Origin: Candidatus Latescibacterota bacterium
Lineage (GTDB): Bacteria > Latescibacterota > UBA2968
Direction: 5' to 3'
Assembly: GCA_965204745.1 (NCBI GenBank)
Contig: OZ242010.1
Span: 800,001 to 864,000, forward strand
DNA: 64,000 nt
Shown here: in pieces, positions 59,470-64,000 of the stretch
How the letters are laid out: every line of letters starts with the position of its first letter
Position numbering within the stretch: position 1 is the first letter of the stretch
The notes under the pieces: model-generated
What the model was told of the DNA's origin: nothing
What the model saw: the letters and a program-made list of their open reading frames with translations, nothing else
Database searches by the model: none
Position numbers and translations under genes: made by a program

Positions 59470-62400
59470 TCACTGGCACGCTTCACACGCGCCATCTGTG
59501 ATGTCGCAGGATACGGGGGTTGGGGTGTGGGTGGGTGTCCATTCTCGGGTTTTGCCGTGCCGAGGCTCGGCGGATGGGTTCTGATGTACGGGCGTTGCGT
59601 TTGTAGCAAGAGCTACGTCAGGTGTTTCAACAGGTGCCGTGCCGTTTCCCGTGTCGGGATGGACTTCAGCGCGTTGGACTTGCACGTCACTCGACGCGGA
59701 TTTGGATTGCATCCATCGGGGTTGCACGCCGCGTTTGTTGATGTCCATCGTCGATTTCTCGATCTGCGTTGCGGCCAATGAGCGCAAATAATACGTGGTC
59801 TTCAGCCCGCGCACCCAGGCCAATTTGTACATCTCGTCCAGTGCCGTGCCGCTGGGGGATGCAATGTACAGATTGAGGGATTGCCCCATGTCGATCCACT
59901 TTTGCCGGCGGCTGGCGCATTCGATGAGCCATTCGGGGGCCACCTCAAACGCGGTTTTGTACAGGGCTTTCACCTCTGCGGGCACGCGGTCGATCTCTTG
60001 GACCGAGCCATCGAAATACTTCAGATCATCCACCATCTGATCGTCCCACAGATTGCGCGATTTCAAATCGCTGACCAGATACGGATTCAACACGGTGAAG
60101 TCGCCGGACAAATTGGCTTTCACGTACAAGTTGCGGTACATCGGCTCGATAGACTGGGTCACGCCCGAGATGTTCGAAATGGTGGCGGTTGGCGCAATCG
60201 CCATCACATTGCTGTTTCGCATGCCGTGCTTGGCGATGGCCTCGCGCACCGGTTGCCAGTCCAAGCGGGCAGACATATCCACATCCGCGTGCGACCCGCG
60301 TTCTTCGGTCAACAATTTTAAGGTGTCTATCGGCAACAGGCCGCGGTCCCATTTTGAACCGGAATACGATTGATAGGGGCCCCGTTCACGGGCCAAGCGC
60401 GTGGAGGCCAAAATCGCATAGTACGCGATCATTTCCATGCTCTCGTCGGCGAAATCGACCGCGCCTTGGGAATCGTAGGGCAAATTCAACAAATAAAGCG
60501 CGTCTTGAAATCCCATGACGCCCAACCCCACTGGGCGATGGCGTTTGTTGGAGGTGGCCGCTTCTTCGGTCGGATAAAAATTGATGTCGATCACATTGTC
60601 CAGCATCCGCAAAGCCGTGGAGAGGGTGTCTTCCAACAGCGTTTGACTCAGCCCCTGCTCCGAGACATGCGCCACCAGATTCACGGACCCCAAGTTGCAC
60701 ACCGCGGTCTCTTCGCGGCTCGTGTTCAACAAAATTTCAGTACACAAATTCGAACTGTGGACCACGCCCGCGTGGTCTTGCGGAGAGCGGATGTTGGACG
60801 GGTCCTTAAACGTGATCCAGGGATGCCCGGTTTCAAACAGCATGGACAACATTTTTCGCCACAGTTGCACGGCATCGACTTGGCGATACTGTTGCAACCC
60901 TCCGGCTTCGGCTTTTTGTTCGTACGCGGCGTATCGGGCTTCAAATGCCTTGCCGTACAAATGGTGCAGGTCCGGGACTTCGTCGGGGCTGAACAAGGTC
61001 CACATTCCCTTTTCCATGACGCGCTTCATAAACAGATCCGGGATCCAGTTTGCGGTGTTCATATCGTGCGTGCGGCGGCGGTCGTCGCCCGTGTTTTTTC
61101 GCAACTCCAGAAAATCCTCGATATCCAAGTGCCAGGTTTCCAAATACGAGCACACGGCCCCTTTGCGCTTGCCGCCTTGGTTGACGGCCACGGCCGTGTC
61201 GTTCACCACTTTGAGAAATGGAATCACGCCTTGGCTTTTGCCATTTGTGCCGCGGATATACGAGTTGGTCGCGCGCACGTTGGTCCAGTCATTGCCCAAG
61301 CCGCCGGCCCATTTGGACAATTTGGCGTTGTCGGATACCATTTTGAAAATGTGTTCCAGATCGTCTTGCGCGGTGGAGAGGTAGCACGAGGACAACTGCG
61401 GATGCAGGGTGCCGGCGTTGAACAGGGTGGGCGTGGCAGAGACGAATCGGAAGGAGGACAGGACTTCGTAGAACTGAATGGCGCGTGCGTCCCGGTCGTC
61501 TTCGTCCATTGACAAGCCCATGGCCACGCGCATCCAGAAAAACTGCGGGGTTTCGATGCGGCGTTCATCGACGTGGAGCAAATAGCGGTCAAAGATGGTC
61601 TGCACGCCCAAATACGCGAATTGTTCGTCGCGCTCGGGTTGGAGGGCCGCGGACAGGCGCGTGAGATCGTAAGTTCGCAATTTGGGATCCAAGCGGTCGT
61701 TTTTAATGCCCGTTTCGATGAATGCGGCAAAGCCCTGCCGACACGCCTTGTCTCGGTCTTCGGCGGCGGGTTTGAAGCCGAGGGCATGGCGGTAGATCAC
61801 GTTGAGCAACAAGCGCATCGCAACCTTGCTGTACGCGGGTTCTCTTTCAACGCGGCTACGCGCGGCAAGGATCATGGCGCGTTCAATGTCGTCGGGTTTG
61901 ATGTCGTCGTAGAGAGAGCGGTAGATTTCCTCGAGCAAGTCTTGGGCATCCACCTCTTGGAGACCTTCGCAGACGGAGAAGACTTCGGCGCGGATGCGGC
62001 TGGCGTCTAGGGGTTCGCGCTTGCCATCGGGCGTTTGCACGCGCAGTTTGGGGGCGTTGGGATCGGCGGGTTCTTCTTTGCCGCTGAGCACCCGGGCTTT
62101 TTTGTGGTCTTCCCGATAGACGATGTAGCGGCGGGCAACTGCGAAATGGCCGGCGCGCATCAATTGAATTTCGACCTTGTCTTGAACGCGCTCGACATCC
62201 ACACTGTCGTCTGGATCGCGCAATTCATCGGCGATTTCATCGATGACGGCATCGGTCAGGTCCGCCACGTCGGTTGCCATTTTGGGCGGCAATGCCTGTT
62301 CGCTGGACAAGCCCAACTCGGCTCTGAATGCGGCCGCAATGGCGCGCTCAATGCGCGTGCGGTCAAATTCCACGTCGCGACCGTCGCGTTTGCGGACGGA

Positions 62401-62505
62401 AAAATGAACACTGCCTTCCGCGTGATGTTGCAAGGACAGGCCATGCCCAATAGGGTCTGCGCTCGGGTACGCCTGCGTCAATACATTTTCGCTAACTTCC
62501 GCCAT
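59470..62505 (-). CDS. nrdA: Ribonucleotide reductase class Ia alpha subunit with N-terminal ATP cones
   Basis: [43 protein letters not shown]-terminal CEACQ. Confidence 0.96.
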   Translation of the reverse strand: MAEVSENVLTQAYPSADPIGHGLSLQHHAEGSVHFSVRKRDGRDVEFDRTRIERAIAAAFRAELGLSSEQALPPKMATDVADLTDAVIDEIADELRDPDDSVDVERVQDKVEIQLMRAGHFAVARRYIVYREDHKKARVLSGKEEPADPNAPKLRVQTPDGKREPLDASRIRAEVFSVCEGLQEVDAQDLLEEIYRSLYDDIKPDDIERAMILAARSRVEREPAYSKVAMRLLLNVIYRHALGFKPAAEDRDKACRQGFAAFIETGIKNDRLDPKLRTYDLTRLSAALQPERDEQFAYLGVQTIFDRYLLHVDERRIETPQFFWMRVAMGLSMDEDDRDARAIQFYEVLSSFRFVSATPTLFNAGTLHPQLSSCYLSTAQDDLEHIFKMVSDNAKLSKWAGGLGNDWTNVRATNSYIRGTNGKSQGVIPFLKVVNDTAVAVNQGGKRKGAVCSYLETWHLDIEDFLELRKNTGDDRRRTHDMNTANWIPDLFMKRVMEKGMWTLFSPDEVPDLHHLYGKAFEARYAAYEQKAEAGGLQQYRQVDAVQLWRKMLSMLFETGHPWITFKDPSNIRSPQDHAGVVHSSNLCTEILLNTSREETAVCNLGSVNLVAHVSEQGLSQTLLEDTLSTALRMLDNVIDINFYPTEEAATSNKRHRPVGLGVMGFQDALYLLNLPYDSQGAVDFADESMEMIAYYAILASTRLARERGPYQSYSGSKWDRGLLPIDTLKLLTEERGSHADVDMSARLDWQPVREAIAKHGMRNSNVMAIAPTATISNISGVTQSIEPMYRNLYVKANLSGDFTVLNPYLVSDLKSRNLWDDQMVDDLKYFDGSVQEIDRVPAEVKALYKTAFEVAPEWLIECASRRQKWIDMGQSLNLYIASPSGTALDEMYKLAWVRGLKTTYYLRSLAATQIEKSTMDINKRGVQPRWMQSKSASSDVQVQRAEVHPDTGNGTAPVETPDVALATNATPVHQNPSAEPRHGKTREWTPTHTPTPVSCDITDGACEACQ

Positions 62506-62812
62506 GCCTGCTTCCCTCCGAATACCCAGCCATGAACCAATAGAGACAAAAGAAACCCACGCCCGCTGGATGCGAACCACAACGGGGAGGGAAAAGAGAT
62601 GAGATTTGAATTGGACTTTGAGACAACGAATCGGGAAAACGCAAGGTGGGAAATCCGAATCGCAGAACAGGGGAGAACCGGCGACCAATGGATTTGTTTT
62701 CCCGAAAAAACACCGACTTGCAAGGATAATGCGCGCTGAATCACGTATCGAGATCGCGCTGATAGAACAGCCCAGCCAAGGGCATCATCAAAGGCTTCAC
62801 TCATTGCTTTGA

Positions 62813-62860
62813 GCACAATATATGGTGGTCTAAACAAAAAGTCAATACAAAATATATGCA
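62813..62860 (-). promoter_or_regulatory. nrdA sigma70 promoter overlapped by NrdR box(es)
   Basis: TTGACT-N17-TATATT (62845-62817); GCACAATATATGGTGG 62813-28 fits the NrdR box; weaker box 32 bp away. Confidence 0.7.
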
Positions 62861-63123
62861 AATTGTAACAGGAGGGCGAGCGCGTTCAATTGCTTGTATA
62901 TGCGAGGGTTAGGGCGAAAAATGCCGTATTGCAAGCGATGTGCGTTGCGATATTTCGCGCTTGTTCGCGTACAAAAAAATGCTTTGACTTAAGCGATAAA
63001 ATGTCGAATATTTTGGGAAATACTGACCACCGAAAATCAGCCCTCGCATGAGCACGAGGATGCACGGGAATGCAGTGCGAGGTACCACGGCCTATCCCCA
63101 CGGTTGATGGAGAAGGAGGAGAA

Positions 63124-64000
63124 ATGGACGCTATGGGAGGTCATTTGCTCGCGTCATTGACGCAGACGAAGAAGGCCAAGACGCTACGCGCATCGTCTTG
63201 GGATACGAGTGGACGGAATCGAGATGCCTGGGTGATCGAAGGCGGGGAGACGCGCGTTTTGGCCGATCTCAAAGGGCCGGGTTGTATTACGCACATTTGG
63301 ATGACGCAAAGCGGAGAGGGCGCGTTTCGCAATGTGGTTTTGAAGATGTTTTGGGATGGCGAAGACGAGCCGAGCGTGGCAGTGCCGTTGGGCGATTTCT
63401 TTTGTTTGGGGCATGGGATTTCCGCGTCGTTTCAGTCCCTGCCCTTTTCCGCGTCTGCGAATGAACAGCGCGAGAATGCGTTTGGCCCCAATGCCGCGCT
63501 CAACTGCTATTTGCAGATGCCGTTTAATTCTTCTGCACGCCTTGAGGTGACGAATGAGGGCGATGCGCCCTATCGGCAGTATTTCTATGTGGATTACGAG
63601 GTGTATGACGCGCCGTGGGGCGCGGATACGGCGTATTTTCACGCGCAGTTTCACAGGGAAAATCCCTGCGATGGTTGGGGGCATGAGATTCGCGTCAACA
63701 CGCCCGAGGCCAATATCGTCAATGTGGGACAACAGGCGTGGGATGAAAATTACGTGATTTTGGAGGCCACGGGCACGGGGCATTATATCGGGTGCAATTT
63801 ATCCGTGACCAATTTTCAGGGCACCTGGTGGGGCGAAGGCGATGATATGATTTGGGTGGATGGCTACAAATGGCCGCCGGATTTGCACGGTACGGGCAGT
63901 GAAGATTATCTCAATCAGGCGTGGGGAATGCAGGACAATGCGTTTTTGATGAACGGCTCGTCGATTTACGAGCACAATACGGGTGGGTACCAGACATCTT
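63124..64000 (+). CDS. DUF2961 (GH172-like) protein, runs off the window end
   Basis: AAGGAGG RBS; SSWD..GRNRD, GPGCITHIW, WWGEGD, HGTGSEDY. Confidence 0.88.
   Translation, partial: MDAMGGHLLASLTQTKKAKTLRASSWDTSGRNRDAWVIEGGETRVLADLKGPGCITHIWMTQSGEGAFRNVVLKMFWDGEDEPSVAVPLGDFFCLGHGISASFQSLPFSASANEQRENAFGPNAALNCYLQMPFNSSARLEVTNEGDAPYRQYFYVDYEVYDAPWGADTAYFHAQFHRENPCDGWGHEIRVNTPEANIVNVGQQAWDENYVILEATGTGHYIGCNLSVTNFQGTWWGEGDDMIWVDGYKWPPDLHGTGSEDYLNQAWGMQDNAFLMNGSSIYEHNTGGYQTS

Noticed and set aside
13439-61512. Many long antisense or alternate-frame ORFs (e.g. 13439-14407, 14806-16413, 22492-23661, 38823-39797, 60370-61512)
   Set aside because: Shadows of well-supported genes in GC-rich DNA, with no motifs
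62506-62812. Cobalamin riboswitch upstream of nrdA
   Set aside because: No B12-box consensus recognisable on the minus strand

Overview
This is a bacterial, moderately GC-rich window. It mixes housekeeping and catabolic genes (three sulfatases, a TRAP transporter, gpmI, fabZ, epmA, nrdAB) with many defence, toxin-antitoxin and mobile elements; the lineage cannot be fixed from sequence alone. Highlights: (1) a two-gene operon (29076-33460) pairing a SAMD9-like protein (degenerate SIR2-like / STAND NTPase / helical / OB-fold) with a separate RxxxxH HEPN-like protein, next to a kinase-ankyrin fusion. (2) An intact IS110 element whose non-coding end carries readable bridge-RNA guides matching its own donor junction and a heptamer microsatellite target. 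(3) A second, dead IS110 copy with a reprogrammed target loop, plus a family of short REP-hairpin elements ending in the IS110 terminus. (4) A type I-B CRISPR-Cas locus with cas6/8/7/5 intact, cas3 truncated by IS701, and no leader or cas1/2/4 at the locus. (5) Probable hidden in-frame genes (Cas11 inside cas8, RpnS inside rpn). No rRNA or tRNA was recognised. Family calls come from motif recognition by eye, not database searches.
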